From Vermamoeba vermiformis (Eukaryota), in NCBI GenBank assembly GCA_045837725.1, contig JBEWZL010000282.1, positions 372,001 through 436,000 on the forward strand: a stretch of 64,000 nt of DNA, written 5' to 3'. Under the pieces are notes generated by a model. It was not told where the DNA came from and did not search any database. It saw only the letters and a list, made by a program, of their open reading frames with translations. The position numbers were made by a program, and so were the translations under genes. This document shows positions 11,435-24,539 of this stretch, piece after piece; the stretch's first letter is position 1, and each line of letters begins with the position of its first letter.

Positions 11435-14405
11435 TCAGCTCAACAACACCTTGGAGCGCGTGTAGCGAGACTTGCCGAGACTCTTGTGGAATGGTACGCC
11501 CTTCTTGCCACCACCACCACCACCTTCTTTGTGCTGCTTCTTGCGTTGTGCGCGCTCGCGTTCTTTGCGGATCTGATCCGTGTTCTTGAGCTCGTTCTTG
11601 ACGCGACGATTGGTCTCCACCTTGGGCATGCGCCGCTTGTCCCTATTGTTGTAGTTGTTCTTGGCGTTGTATCCCCCGTGACTAGCGGTGTTGTTGTTGT
11701 TGCTGCCAAAGTCGAGTCCCGAGTCGTCGAGATCGTGATTGAGCGAGGCACGTGCTTCATCCTCCTGGCCCGCACGACTCAGCCACTCTTTGAACTTCCT
11801 GCCCGTCAGAGTCTCGCGCTTCTTGTTCATGTTCAGCTGCGCCTTCACCTTCTGTCCCGCCTCATTGCGCACGTACCGCGTGAGCAGATCTGCACCCTGA
11901 TTCTCTTTGACGAATCTCTTGCGCTTGCGGTCCCACTTCTCGATCTGGCGGCGCTGAAAGATGGCCTGATCGTCGTCAGGTATCAGATCCAGCACAATGT
12001 CTTGAATCGCGCGGTCACCAGTCACATTGCCGCGGCTCTCATTGATCGCAAAGCCGCGCTCCTGATCCGTGTTGTTGAGCGAGGGCTGCGCGGCCATGAA
12101 GTACTTGTCGTCCTTGCTGCTCTTGCTGCTCGCCGCGGACTGGTCGCCACTCTTGGCACGCTTGCTGAGCGGTGCGTCACTGAGCGACTCCTCCTCACTG
12201 CTCTCCTCACGCTTGCGCTTGCGATCAGTGCGCTGAAACAGACTGTCCGAACTCGCACTCGACTCCTCGCGCTCCTCTGCGGGCACTTGCGACACATCGT
12301 AGTGATCGGCCTCGCGCATCTGACTCCACTGCTGCACGGTGGCACTGTAGCCCTGGTCTTTGAGCTGACGCTGCAGCTTGACCTGTTGTATAATCTCGTC
12401 GTTCTTGCGGCGAATGTTGTTCATGGCCTCGAGGTGCGTGTTCTTGTGCTTCTTGCTGATCTCCATCTCAAACACGGTCTGGTTCGGGCGGAATTTCTTC
12501 AAGTTCTGCAGGAATGAGGCGCGCTCAATCTCCAGCGTGTTCACCAAATTCACTGAACGGTGGTCAGTCACGTGACACCATCAGTGCGGTACTTACACAT
12601 GAGGGGATGCAGCTTGGTGCGGTCCATCTCTTTGGCACGCTGAGCAGAGGCAGGAGAGGCAAATGGACGCGTTTGATGGTACAGCTTGTAGGCATTGCGC
12701 ATTGAACGCTGCAGCACTTGCTATATATGGCAATCAGCGGTTAGTGCTGCTATTAATAGGTCAATGTGCACTCACCAAGTCAATGCTCTGATCTACCAGC
12801 ACGTGAATGCGCTCCAATTCCATGTCCACCAACAGCTGCGGTACATTACCATAATAGGCTATTCTATTATTAGCATCGTTCTTTTCGACAACTTGATTGT
12901 GCAGCTGCAGATTGAGAGTGAGACTCGTGTCCACAAGGTGCGGCCAGTCATCAGGCCCCACCAGTGTCAGTGCCATGCCCGTGCTGTACTGGCCCGTGCG
13001 CGAGTCCAAGCGCGCTGTACGACCCACGCGGTGAATGAACAGCTTGGGACGCGGGGGGAAGTCGTAGTTGACGACCACTTCTATATCGGGCAAGTCAAGA
13101 CCACGTGCGGCCACGTCCGTCACTACCAAAATGGGCACAATGCCCTTGGCAAACTTGGCGAGTCCAATGCGCCGCGCCGCTTGATCCATCTTGCCGTAGA
13201 CACCGAGCGCGTGAATGCCTGCAGCCTCGAGCAGCGCCATGATGTACTCGACGTGGTGGCGCGAGGCACAGAAGATGATGATCTTCTTGCTGCTGTGTTC
13301 GCCGCGCTGTGCGATCATCTGCTTGTCGGGGAAGACCTTGTTCCACAGCGTGTCAATGTACTCGCGCAACAGGTACAGCAGCGCCGCGTCCTTCTCTTCG
13401 TTGCGCACCGTGAAGAACGACACGTGCAGATTGGGCGACAGACCCGCATCGGCATCGAGACGAATGAAGCTCGGATTGTTGAGTCCGACCTTGGCAAAGT
13501 CGAGCAGCATGGAGGGCAGCGTGGCACTGAACAGCAGCACTTGTCGGCCCGAGTGCGAGGCTGACTTGCCATCGCCGTGCTGTGCCGTGCCCGTGCCGAG
13601 CTTTTGGAAGATGAACTCGATCTCTTGCTTGAAGCCCATCTCGAACAGTCGATCTGCCTCGTCGAGAATCACCACCAAGCGATCGACGCGCTTGAACATG
13701 GTGGCCAGTGTCGTCTCGATCAGCAGATGCAGCAAGCGACCGGGAGTGGCAACGATGATGTCAGGGCCCCTATTGTCGGTGGAGCTGAGTTGCAGGTCAT
13801 TGAACTGTTGTTCCAAGCTGTCGCCACCAACGCACAGCACATTGCGCACGTCTGGCGCAAATTTCAGCAAACTGTTGGCTTCGCGGTGGATCTGCTGCGC
13901 TAATTCACGCGTGGGAGACAAAATAACCACCTGATTGCTCAATAAGCTTGCTGTATTTACTACATGCCATATACGAACCTTATTTCGAGCAGATTTCTTC
14001 TTTTCAGCGAGCAACAAGCTGAGTGACGGGGCGAGAAATGCGAGTGTCTTGCCTGAACCAGTGCGCGCCATCGCCACTACATCGCACGTGCCTTTGAGAA
14101 TGGTGGGGATCACTGACTTTTGAATCGGCGTTGGCTTGATGAAACCTCGGTTTTTAATGCCCTTTTGGATGCGTGGATCCAAATCTAAAATTACGAAATT
14201 AATTCGTTATCAACTCAATAGGTATTTTTGTAGCCAAATTATTATTTGGTAATTTATGCGCGATAAATCGTAATTTTAAATTCTAAATTTGAGATTTGGA
14301 TCAGATCGTCAGTTACTGTTACGTACCCATAGCTAAGAATCCCTTGGCTTTCTTGGAATCTTTGGATTTATCTTTCTTTTCTAAAAATATGTCCTCTCCT
14401 TCCAT
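11435..14405 (-). CDS. DDX54: DEAD-box RNA helicase DDX54/Dbp10, 5 exons
   Basis: DVVAMARTGSGKTLAF, DEADRLFEMGF, SAT, HRVGRTAR; C-terminal KWDRKRKRFV and ELKNTDQIRKER typical of DBP10CT. Confidence 0.93.
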
Positions 14406-14730
14406 TGTTCAAAACTGTCGATCAGATCGCGATCTTAATTTTGGATTACCGATAAATAATAAATAATAAGTTGAGCAATAATCGCTACGTTGTTTGATCA
14501 AGAACGAGAACAAACAGTGAACTGATACTAAGCAAATGCCAACAAGAAGAAAAGTCGCAACATAATTTATCAATTTTAGTTTTTTTGCAGATTCTACGCG
14601 CACGTATCCAGCTACAGTACTATGCTAGTAGCATAACTCTAACCGATCCAGTAGACGTTCTAGTCGTGCAGTATCTAATCCTAGTGCACATCGTTCCAAT
14701 CATCCACAAGCTCCAGTGCGCAGATCAGGC

Positions 14731-16022
14731 TCATCGATAGCGCTGTCGCTTGTTGCCCTCGTGCTCCTCGCTGCTCTCGTGCCGTCGCTTTCTGTCGTGC
14801 TGCTCCTCTCTGCGCTCTCTGTGGCGCTCGTAGTCCCGCTCACTGTCTCGCTCACCACGCCGCTCGTAGTCCCGCTCACTGTCTCGCTCACCACGCCGCT
14901 CGTAGTCCCGCTCACTGCGCTGGTACTCGCGCTCTCTGTCACTGCGCACATACTCGCGGTGATGTCTGTCGCGCTCTCTGTGTCTCTCGCGCTCATCTCG
15001 CTCTCTGTCGCGCACACGTTGTTCACTGTCACGTGATTGAGTGTGCGAGGACGTGTCGCTGAGTTGACTAAACAACAGCTGCACGAGATCGCGTTGCAGC
15101 TCAGCAGGTCGCTTCTTCGTGATCAGATTCTTGGCGCGGTACTTCTCAGGTCTGCTGCGATGATCGCGCTCCTGCTCTTGACGCGCTCTCTTCTGTTCGT
15201 TCTGCAGCTGCGCACCGCTCTGCAGCCAATCTTCCAGGGCCTGTGCGTCAATGCTCGCCACGCCACTCTGTTCTCGTTCAGCGCGCGCAGTCCACTCCAC
15301 AGCCTCGTAGAACTGACTGCGTGCTGCGAGTGACTGCTGCTCTTGCCACAGTGCCGCGCAGAACTGATTGACGCGCTGTTGCACGTGCTGTTCGACAGAC
15401 TGCGCGACAGGTGTCATCAATTCAGCGCCGCGTCCTTGCGTGCTGACAGCGTACTCGCTCACTTGCATGCTGCTAGTGCTCGGCTGTGTGGTGTGGACGG
15501 GCAGTGGTGGGCCAGTGTGCTGCCAGAGCTGGTGCTCGACCACCATGTCTGACAAGTTGACGGGACGGTCAAGCGGAGCACGTGGTCGATCAGTCTCGAG
15601 GTGCTGCAATTCAGCTGCGTAGTCTCGTGTCACGCGGTGTGGAGGCTGTAGGAGCGAGACCACCGCTGGACAGTTGGTGTAGTAGAACTGGTGTGTGGTA
15701 GCATCGTGTTGCTAATTAATTAATGGTGTTAACAACAATATGGTTCGGAATCGATTGGTAATTTCAAAAAATAAAATAAAAGAAAAATAATAATTTGAAT
15801 AATTTCAAGCGGGTAACTTACAATATTCTTAGGATTTGGTACAATATCTTTCAATTTACACGAAAATAAATGCTTTTCAATCGTCGTGTCGCTGTTATTA
15901 ATTTGCGAGCGGCATCTAGTACACCAACTATTCTTGTTGCTAGGAGCAACTAAGCTCACATGCATGTCGTCTACAATACTGCGCAGCTCATCTCGTCGCA
16001 GTTGAATCCACTCAGTGCTCAT
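14731..16022 (-). CDS. SNRNP48: U11/U12 snRNP 48 kDa protein-like; intron about 15712-15821
   Basis: Zn-finger-like IEKHLFSCKLK, FYY motif, RDHRSRPEKYRAKNLITKKRPAELQRDLV (matching the U11-48K RDxxRRxxxYRAKN..TKK..E..RD motif) and an R/E/D-rich tail. Confidence 0.75.
14825..14917. repeat. 36-bp coding tandem repeat (about 2.5 copies) encoding RDYERRGERDSE
   Basis: CGCTCGTAGTCCCGCTCACTGTCTCGCTCACCACGC is repeated directly. Confidence 0.85.
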
Positions 16023-16162
16023 TGGTGTTGCAGTCCATGGCCACTGACTTAAAATGATGAAAACGAGGGGGCCCACAAGTGCACTCCTTTCACTGAACGG
16101 CAATTACAATTTATGTACAAGAGAGGCGCAGCGAGGGCCTTACAATCAGTGGACTATTTACA

Positions 16163-19046
16163 CTACAGAGCAGTGAGTTTGATGCTCTTGTGATAGCTGA
16201 GCAGTGACTCGGCGAGCAGTGTGCGGCGGTAGTGCGTGGCCAGTGCGCTCAAGTACTGCGCCAGTTGTGCGCGGTCTTCGAGCAGTGCGAGTTCATCGAG
16301 CTGTTTGAGCACGCTGCTCACATTCACTGCGGCACTGCGCATCACGCGCGACAGATGCGTCTTCAGGGCGCGGTACTTGGGCACTTGGTCGCGCGGATCT
16401 GTCTGCACCACTGGATCTGCCGCGGCCACTGCAGGGGTGACTTTGACACTTGACTTGAGTGGACTTGGCGCAGGTGTCTTTTTGACATCTTTGACAGGCT
16501 TCTTGTCGTTCACTGAAACAAGAGCTGATTTGTCAGCGACAGGTGGCACCGTGACACTTGGTTCGACAGGCATGGGTTTGACATCTTCAACGGTCATTGG
16601 TACAGGTGCGACATTGACAGGTGTCACTACTATCGTGGCATCTGTTTTAGCCTTTTTGACAGGTCGCTCGTTGACAGCTGGTCCTGTGATACTTATGACA
16701 CCTCGTTTGACACCTCGCTCTTTCATGAATTTAGCTTCATTGCCGATTTCCAAATCAGGAGCGGCAGTGGTGACACCGAGATCAGCCTCGTCAATCGCGG
16801 TGACATCGAGTGCGAGTGACTTCTTGTTGCGCTGCTTCTTCTTGAGTGCGAAGGGATTGCCAAAGTTGTGCTGCATCATCTCTGCGCGGCGATGTTCCTC
16901 CTCGTCGACGGGACGCAGCTCGGGGGCCTTCTTCAAGAACTCTTGGTAGTTACCCATCTCACTGATGGGCACGCTGTGGCGCTTGTCGTTGGCGCGGTTG
17001 TGCGCTGAAGGTTGCAGCACAGGTCGAGCAGGTCGTGCGCTGATTGGTCGCGTGACAGGGACACGTCCCAGCACGACATCGCGCAATCGATCGATCTGTT
17101 CGCGCAGCTGTTCGCGCTCCACTTCAAACACGTTCTTGACCACGGTGTGCGCTTGCGATGTGATCTCACGCGCCATGCTATTAATAGCCGCACTATCGCA
17201 TGTCAGTGCGTGTCAGTGAATACTTGCAAAGACTTACCTCTCGACTGGCGAAGGACTGGCACGTGGCGCGAGCAGTGCATCGAGTGTGAGTGGCGCGGGT
17301 GTGGCGAGTGCCGCGCTGTTGACGGTGCGCGGTGCAGTGACCAAGCGATGCAAGAATGCGAGGCGTTGATCGGCCAGGGCAGCAGCGTCACGTGACACTA
17401 CCAGGGCCTCGCGTCGATCGATCTCAGTCTTGGCAGCCAATTTGATCTTGCTGAGCTGTTGCACGAGTGGCACACTGAGGCCCATGTCCACGGCAATGTG
17501 ATCGGGAATGAACTGCGCAATGGCTGCATTCCAGCGTTTGAGTCCGTTGCGCAGCGGTGGCAAGTAGTAGCTCGGCACGGTGGTCAGATAGGCCTCGAAG
17601 TCTTGGCGCCACTTGGCTGTCACTGCTGTCTTCTGCACCACGAATTTGTTCCACTTCACTGGCCGCTGTGTCAGTACGCGCCGAGTGTCACGTGATGCAC
17701 TTACCTAATAAGGCAAACAGCTTGGGATAGTTGTAGGGCAGCACGTAGAGACTGGCCGAGCTCTTGTGCGCACTGGGCTTGATGTACGCGAAGGGCGGGG
17801 ACGGCGTGCCATTGCTGTGCACCAGTGTCACGGCGTAGTGGGTGTCGCGGTGTTGCGTCAAGTGCTCGGTCAGTGCTGCGTGCTCGATGGTGTACTTGTC
17901 GAACGGAAATTTCCCCGGAATCTCCTCCACCGTCCAGCCGTGCTCCGTGCCGTGCTCGCCCTCAGCGCGGCGTTCAGCGTGCAGGCGGAGCAGTGGGTGT
18001 GCTGTGCGCGGGTGCAGGGCGTGCGTGAGCAGCGAGTCCTCGGGGAAGGGCCAGTAGCCCTGTCCTGTCACCTGATTGGTCAGCCACAGCACTGCCGCAC
18101 TGCTCTGGTCCTGCCACTCACACTGCACCACCACAGCAGGCTGCGCAATGCGTGTAGCGAGCAGTTCCAAGCTGGCGAACAGTTGGCGCAGTGAGCTCAA
18201 CTGCACGGCACGGCCTCCTGTCGCCACACACAGCGCGTGCAGTGGGGACTGTGGGTCATCAGGGGGTGGTGGTACCGCCGCTGTGGACTGCGCAGACTTG
18301 TGCAGCGTGTTGTAGCTGAACTGCATCGTGTACGTGTAGCAGCGTTGTTCCCAGCGGTACATCTCGCGCGTCAGTTCGGATCCGGGCATGGAGGGCTGCA
18401 TTTGTGGCTGACAATGCGGCATTAGTACACGTATTCATACCGATCTATAATCGCGTACTTGATATATCTGCGAGGAAAGTTGAGGGTTGAGGTGCGTTTT
18501 CTCAGCTGCATCTGTCAGTACAATCACCAGTGCAGCTTCAGCACTCCAAGGAGATCTGCCCTGAATAGTATTGTCGTTGTTAATAAGAGTCCTTTGCATA
18601 TGAGATTGATGCGCGGTACCTGGCCGTAAGTGTCGTTGTTGTAGATGAGTCTGTACTGATTGAGCAGTTCAAAGCCGCGTCTAGTAGCAGTCTTAATGTC
18701 TGACAAATCAGTGGCCTTCAAATTCTTCAATTCGCGCACAAATGTCGCGGTCGTGTCTTTCCAACCAACCTGGCGTGATTGGTGTTAGTGGATGGTGCTT
18801 GCTCGTGACGCTTTGATATTAATTGTACCATAATAATTACTGTTAAATTAAATGATAAATAATTACCTTAATAGCACCAATGCCCTCCTCGCAAGTGACT
18901 AGCATAAATCGATCAGATCTGCTGCACTTCTCGCGCAGTTTGAGGAAGTATTCTACAGCAGCCTTAGCACAATCCAAATAAGACATGCCATTAGAGGTCT
19001 TCTGATTCATCGAAGCACTCGTATCAAGCACAAATAAGAAGATCAT
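16163..19046 (-). CDS. INTS6: Integrator complex subunit 6 (vWA domain), 6 exons
   Basis: MIFLFVLDTSASMNQ..SYLDCAKAAVEYFLK, DTYGQ/GRSP, YRWEQR, LCVATGGR, GYWPFPE, FPFDKY, LYVLPYNYP, PISEMGNYQE and HNFGNPF. Confidence 0.93.
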
Positions 19047-19404
19047 CTTTTCAGATCAGTATCAAAGCTCTGTAGCTATGATTTGACTTGGTACATAAGA
19101 CAAGTGTGGTGTATATATGCAGTTGTGCCTAAACAAATATACCCAGCACTGCGTGTGAGTGCAGCACGTGCGTCAAGCGAATTCTAAAAATGGCCAGAGA
19201 AAAGAACGAGACGTTTGAGGCGGAATCAACGAGACACAACTGGTCCACTCTATTATTTAGCAATAGCACCGCTCGATACCGCGGTTATTAGTGGTCAGCG
19301 ACGCTTTCAGCTTGGCAATATCAATTATTTCAACTAAACACTCGATCCACTTACAAAACAGCATTATGCTCGTCCAGTAATCACACTATTATCAATTAAC
19401 ACGA

Positions 19405-22400
19405 ATGGATCGGACCTCATCGAAGTTGTTTGATTATTTCCTCATTGTAGCGCTCAATGGTACCTATATTAATTATTTAATCACCACATATCACAAATTA
19501 TAATTTTGTTTAATGCGCTGTCATTAGCCTTGGCAGTGATTTATTTTCAATACCATATTAATATACGTGCAGAGGATCAAACAACACCAATCGAATATCG
19601 ATATCCCGAAGGCAATGTGCCCAGAACAGATGAACCGCTGATCAAATCCGTGCCTGACTTTTGTTTTCCCGACAAAGAGCGACTAAAAACTTCAAAAAAG
19701 ACGTATGTAACGAATTTACCACGCTATCCATCGCACGATAAATAACATGTGTTCATCTGGGCGCAGGAAGGATCAAAGATTCACCTTTGTAGTGACCAGT
19801 GCTGACGGCAAGAAGCGGTAAGTGTCCTGTGCGTGCATATAGCAGTGCGCAGAGTCATACCTCGCACACATCGCACTTCAGTCCCCTCGTTGCAATTACA
19901 GCGACTAATGTGTCCCGTGTGATTCGTTATTCTAGGTACGGCTATTGTCTGCGCGAGATCCAAAAGAGTTGCAAGCTGTGCTACTGTCTGCTCAGCTACG
20001 AGTACGTGCACTGTTCTTATTTGTAGCCACTCTACTCACGCGTGACAGGGCGGGAGGGCTGTTCTTCAACAAGATACTCGATGTCACCGCACAGCTCGCA
20101 GCACGTGATCAGCACCGCGAATTGTTGCAAAGTCTGCTGTCGCAGCTCATCAGTCGCGAGTTCCCAGTCAGTGGTCGACCCCTGACCCTCACCGTCGCGG
20201 AGCAGAGCTACAGCTTTGAGCGCCAAGAAGACGACGAGTCACAGCTGTTCGGCTTTGTGGACTTTGAGCCGCTGCTGACACGACTGGATCCGTTCAGCAT
20301 TGTGACGCTGGTGCTCGCGCTGCTCAGTGAACGACGCGTCATCTTCGTGTCGGAGCGCGTGTCCGTGCTGTCACACTGCGCGCAGGTCAGTGGCACTTGT
20401 AGCGTGTTTGCGCACGTGACTGACACTTTGACAGGGCGCGCTGGCACTGTTGTATCCCTTTGTGTGGCAACACGTCTTCATTCCCGTGCTGCCGCCCTCC
20501 ATGCTCACCTTCTGTTGCGCGCCCGTGCCGTTTGTGGTGGGTATATTGGACACGTACGTCGAGGAGCTGAATGACATGCCGATGGAGGAGTTCATCATGG
20601 TCGACTTGGACAACAATCGGATCTACCCACCGCGCACTGATTACGAGCTCTTGACACCTTCCATTTGCGACTCGTTGTTGCAGTCGATTCAGATGGCACG
20701 TGATCTCGTGCAAGATTCCAAAAAAGGAAATGCCGCCAAGCCCGAGCTGAATGCGTTGGAACAAGGCGCACTTACCTTCTACGTGGACATTATGGCCTCG
20801 TACAAGCGCTACATGAAGGACGGCAAGTTCAACACGGAAGAGTTCGTCAATCACAACGCGCAGACCAAACAGGTAAGTGTGACACGTGACAGGTGATGTC
20901 GGTCAGTGATTGACACCGTTGACAGTTCATGGAGATCTTCGTCACCTCGCAGATGTTTGAAATGTTCATTGAAGAGCGTCTACCGCGCACAGGACGTGCA
21001 GACAATGCGAACAAGTTTGAAAAGCGCTTGACGCAAGCAGCATTCAATCTGGATCTGACGGCGCCGAATGGACTCAAGCGACGATTGATATTTAAAGAGG
21101 GCTATTTAACCAAACTCGGTGGCAAGAGCAAACAAAAAGGCTGGCAAGATCGGTACTTTATATTGGATTCTACTACACTCTCTTATTATCGCTCCAAAAA
21201 TGTAAGCAGATCTAATTAGCCATATTTGAATTTAAATACTTATTTGTTCTCAGGATGTCGATGCAGCAGGTGTTATTCCCCTGTACACCATCACTTCATG
21301 CAAGCTTACAACGTACAAAGACCGCGAGAACTGTCTCGAGATCCACACTGAAGGACGCGTGTACTGGGCCTATGCTGCGCTGTCCGTCGATTCAGTCACG
21401 TGGTTCAACATACTCAACTATCGCGTCAACATTGAAGCTGCCAAGGCACGCGGTGTCACCTATCAGCCCACACCACGTCGCTCGTCCAGTCGTCGCTCCA
21501 TCGCACAGCAGATCGAGCACACTTTCTTCTCGCTCACCGCACAGGCCTCGCAGTTCGTCAAGGCACGCTTCTCTCGCAGTCCCTCGCGCGACAGTGTGCC
21601 CAGCGCCGAGACTACAGCAGCACCCAGTCAAGGTGCCAGTCCTCCGCTCTCGACCTCGCCCCCCACACTGGGCTACAGTCGCATGCAGGAGCAGGGCGAT
21701 GATGCCACTGACGACCCTGAGAATCGGCGACTGATGCAAGAGTTCTATCAGCAACTGCGCGAGAAGATCACGCAGCGCCAGAACAGACAAGCAACAGCAC
21801 CGCGGCCCAATCGCCCCTCGTGGGATGACTCCGTGTTGAACAGCAGCTCCAAGTACTCCGCGGTGAATGTGCGGCAGTCCACCAGCACGGGCACACTGCG
21901 CAAGGCTGCATCGAGCAAGAACAAGTACGGCACGGTCAGTCCCTCCATGGGCCGTCAGCTGTCCTCTGTGCTGGCCCAACAGATCAAAGATCACTCGCAG
22001 TCACCGCCCCTCACTGCTTCGGACTCCATCGCGCAGTGGAAGCACGTCAATGTCCAGCAGAGCGGTGCGTCACCCCCCTCGTCACACACCAACATGTATG
22101 CGCGCAACAACACGAGTGGCTCCTCGCTCGTCAAAACCAACGCGCTGCAGGGCTCATCGAGTGGTCCCAGCAGTGGCTACAGCACCGCACCGAGCAGCGG
22201 CTACAGCACTCCGAGCAGTGGTCCGAACAGCGGCTACAGTCCCACCAGCAGTGGCTCAATCACCGTGGCGCATGTCAAGCGACCGATGCCTTCACACAGC
22301 AAAGTCGCGGCGTATGCCACACTGCGCGAACCAAAGCTGCTCTCCAGCTACGGCTCGGAATTCACTGCGCGACGCACGGATCCAGGTGTCGCACCACCAC

Positions 22401-23132
22401 CGCCACCACCCCGCACACCATCCACCTCGACCATCACTGTCACTGCCAACAAGACGACAGCTGCACCGACCAAACAACAAGCAGTGCGCGTGGTGCAACA
22501 GCGTGCCCCTCCGACCATCATCAGCTCGTCAGCCAGGCCGCAGATCCCACCTGAGCCACGACCGCGCTCGCAGTCCATTCCAATCTACGACAATGTGGAG
22601 GCCAACAATAACAATATTGTTAGACCTCAGCGACCCACCGCTCCACAACACCCCGCGCGCAATGCCTCCAACTCCACCGCGAGTCCCAGTTCGAGTCCCA
22701 CCACGCCCTATTTGGTGTCCAGTCCCGCACCCGTGCCGCGCAATATCACCGTCGTGCAGACTGCGCCACGCGTGCCGAGTCCACCGCAAATGATCAAGAT
22801 AGTAGCGAGCACCAACAAGTACAAACAGCCCCCGCCCCCGCTGTCCGACACCACCACCAGTCCCCGCACCACCGCCACGCAAGATACCGCTCAAGACCAG
22901 CGAGAGCTCGTCAGATCGGCGCAGCACTAATTACAACCCGTACGTGTATAATACTAACAACTACAACCACAACTACAATACTGCCAATCACAACCCCAAC
23001 AATACGAAGACCACCCCTCACAACAACAACGACCACCCCACCATGTACTCTAATTCACCCAATGGTACCCGCGCCTTGCCTCCAACACCCAAACAGCCGC
23101 AGCAACCTCTTTATCCACACAACAGATACTGA
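19405..23132 (+). CDS. DENN domain (Rab GEF) + PH domain protein with a long Pro/Ser-rich tail; apparent +1 frameshift near 22844
   Basis: LFDYFLIV, PDFCFP, LLSERRVIFVS, YPFVWQHVFIPVLP..CAPVPFVVGI, FVTSQMFEMFIEER and PH motif KEGYLTKLGG..WQDRYFIL. The frame-uncorrected stop is at 22930. Confidence 0.88.
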
Positions 23133-23433
23133 GCGCGCTATTTTTGATGTAAAGAGCTGATCGTCAACTGAATGGTTGAGGATCTGCCTCTCTGTTAATT
23201 TTTGTAAAGAACAACCCCTGTATTATTAAAATTAAATGTTTTTTGTACAACTAGGCAGTTAATGCTATGGACCGGCACTTTCTCGGAGTTTGTCGGAGTT
23301 TGACACGTGATTTCAAAATTCTTCACGAATGCGACCAACCCTTCTAGAATCAGCAACCTTAAATTGAGCAACACAGTTGAATTATTCATTTGATTAACAC
23401 AACACAACTCAAAACCACATCGCTTACTACACA

Positions 23434-24380
23434 ATGGCCACAGCATTAACTGGATTAGAATACATCAAAGGTAATTTTTGTGGGCCATTGACTAATGAAA
23501 TAGGATAATCCTTCAATAACATTAGTAATATACACTAACAATTTAATTCTAGGCACTCCGATCGACATCCAAGCAAGTAAAGGCAAAAAAGTTCTCGTCG
23601 TAGAATTTTGGGCTACTTGGTAAGTGTCAAAATGAAATATGATTGTTTAAATATTACATATTGTAAATATTCCATGATTGTAAAATTACATTAGCTAAAT
23701 TTCATCAAGGTGTCCTCCGTGCCGCTCATCTATTCCACACTTGACTGAATTGCAACACAAATACAAGAGCAAAAATGTCGATTTTATTGGCATCACTAAC
23801 GAGGAGAATATGCAGGTATGTAATTGCGGATCTGGAAAGACCTGGATCTGCCACTAACCCTCATTGCAGACGGTGAAGAAATTTGTCGATAGCATGGGCT
23901 CCAATATGGAATACGCAGTGGCAGTCGACGTTGAGGGCGATGTATATTCAAGTACGTAGTATTGTTTTGAGTTATCAGCTGCAGAGTACTAACGCTAGAC
24001 TGCTAGACTACATGACCAAGTACCACGTGTCAGGTATACCCCACGCCTTTGTAGTCGACAAGGACAGCAAGATCGTGTGGCACGGACATCCGATGGAGCC
24101 ACAGTTCGAGCAGAGCATTCAACAAGCTGCACTCGACCTCGCCAAGGCCTCGCACGTGCCAGAACCAGTGCCACAATCGCGCAAAGAGCTCGAAGGCATG
24201 AGTGTCGGTCAATTGAAGAAGATATTAGGGTATGTAGCTCTGTACTAGCACTCTACTGTTGTCAGTAACTGAACTGGATCGCACTTTAGATCGCACAATG
24301 TTGGCTACACGGACTGCATTGAGAAGTCGGAGCTCATCGATCGCATTGAATCTGCGATCATGAAGAAGCAAGAAAGCTAA
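23434..24380 (+). CDS. TlpA/redoxin-type thioredoxin (WCPPC) with a C-terminal SAP-like helical module, 6 exons
   Basis: Spliced VLVVEFWATW/CPPCRSSIPHL, GIPHAFVVDK..WHGHP, then MSVGQLKKILG/SHNV..CIEKSELI. Confidence 0.87.
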
Positions 24381-24539
24381 GATTAGACCTGCTAATCAAC
24401 CCCTGTACATACGAACCAAATCCGATAAATTATCAATTTTATTTAGTCGCGTGTTTTTAGGTCTGCCTGTCCACAGTAATGTTTTGCTCGCGAGCACCTA
24501 AAAGCTAAGCATTACAACACAACCAACAACGATATAATC

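Noticed and set aside
11399..13934. Long plus-strand ORFs (372, 289 and 239 aa) antisense to DDX54, and similar shadow ORFs opposite CAP, ADK and the ER/K repeat gene
   Set aside because: Antisense shadows of biased codon usage, with no recognisable motifs.
15712..15821. USSE-like autoregulatory element in the SNRNP48 intron
   Set aside because: No tandem U12-type 5' splice-site motifs present.
22155..22255. SGYS/YSPTS repeats resembling the Pol II CTD in the DENN-PH tail
   Set aside because: Only three degenerate units within low-complexity Ser/Gly sequence.
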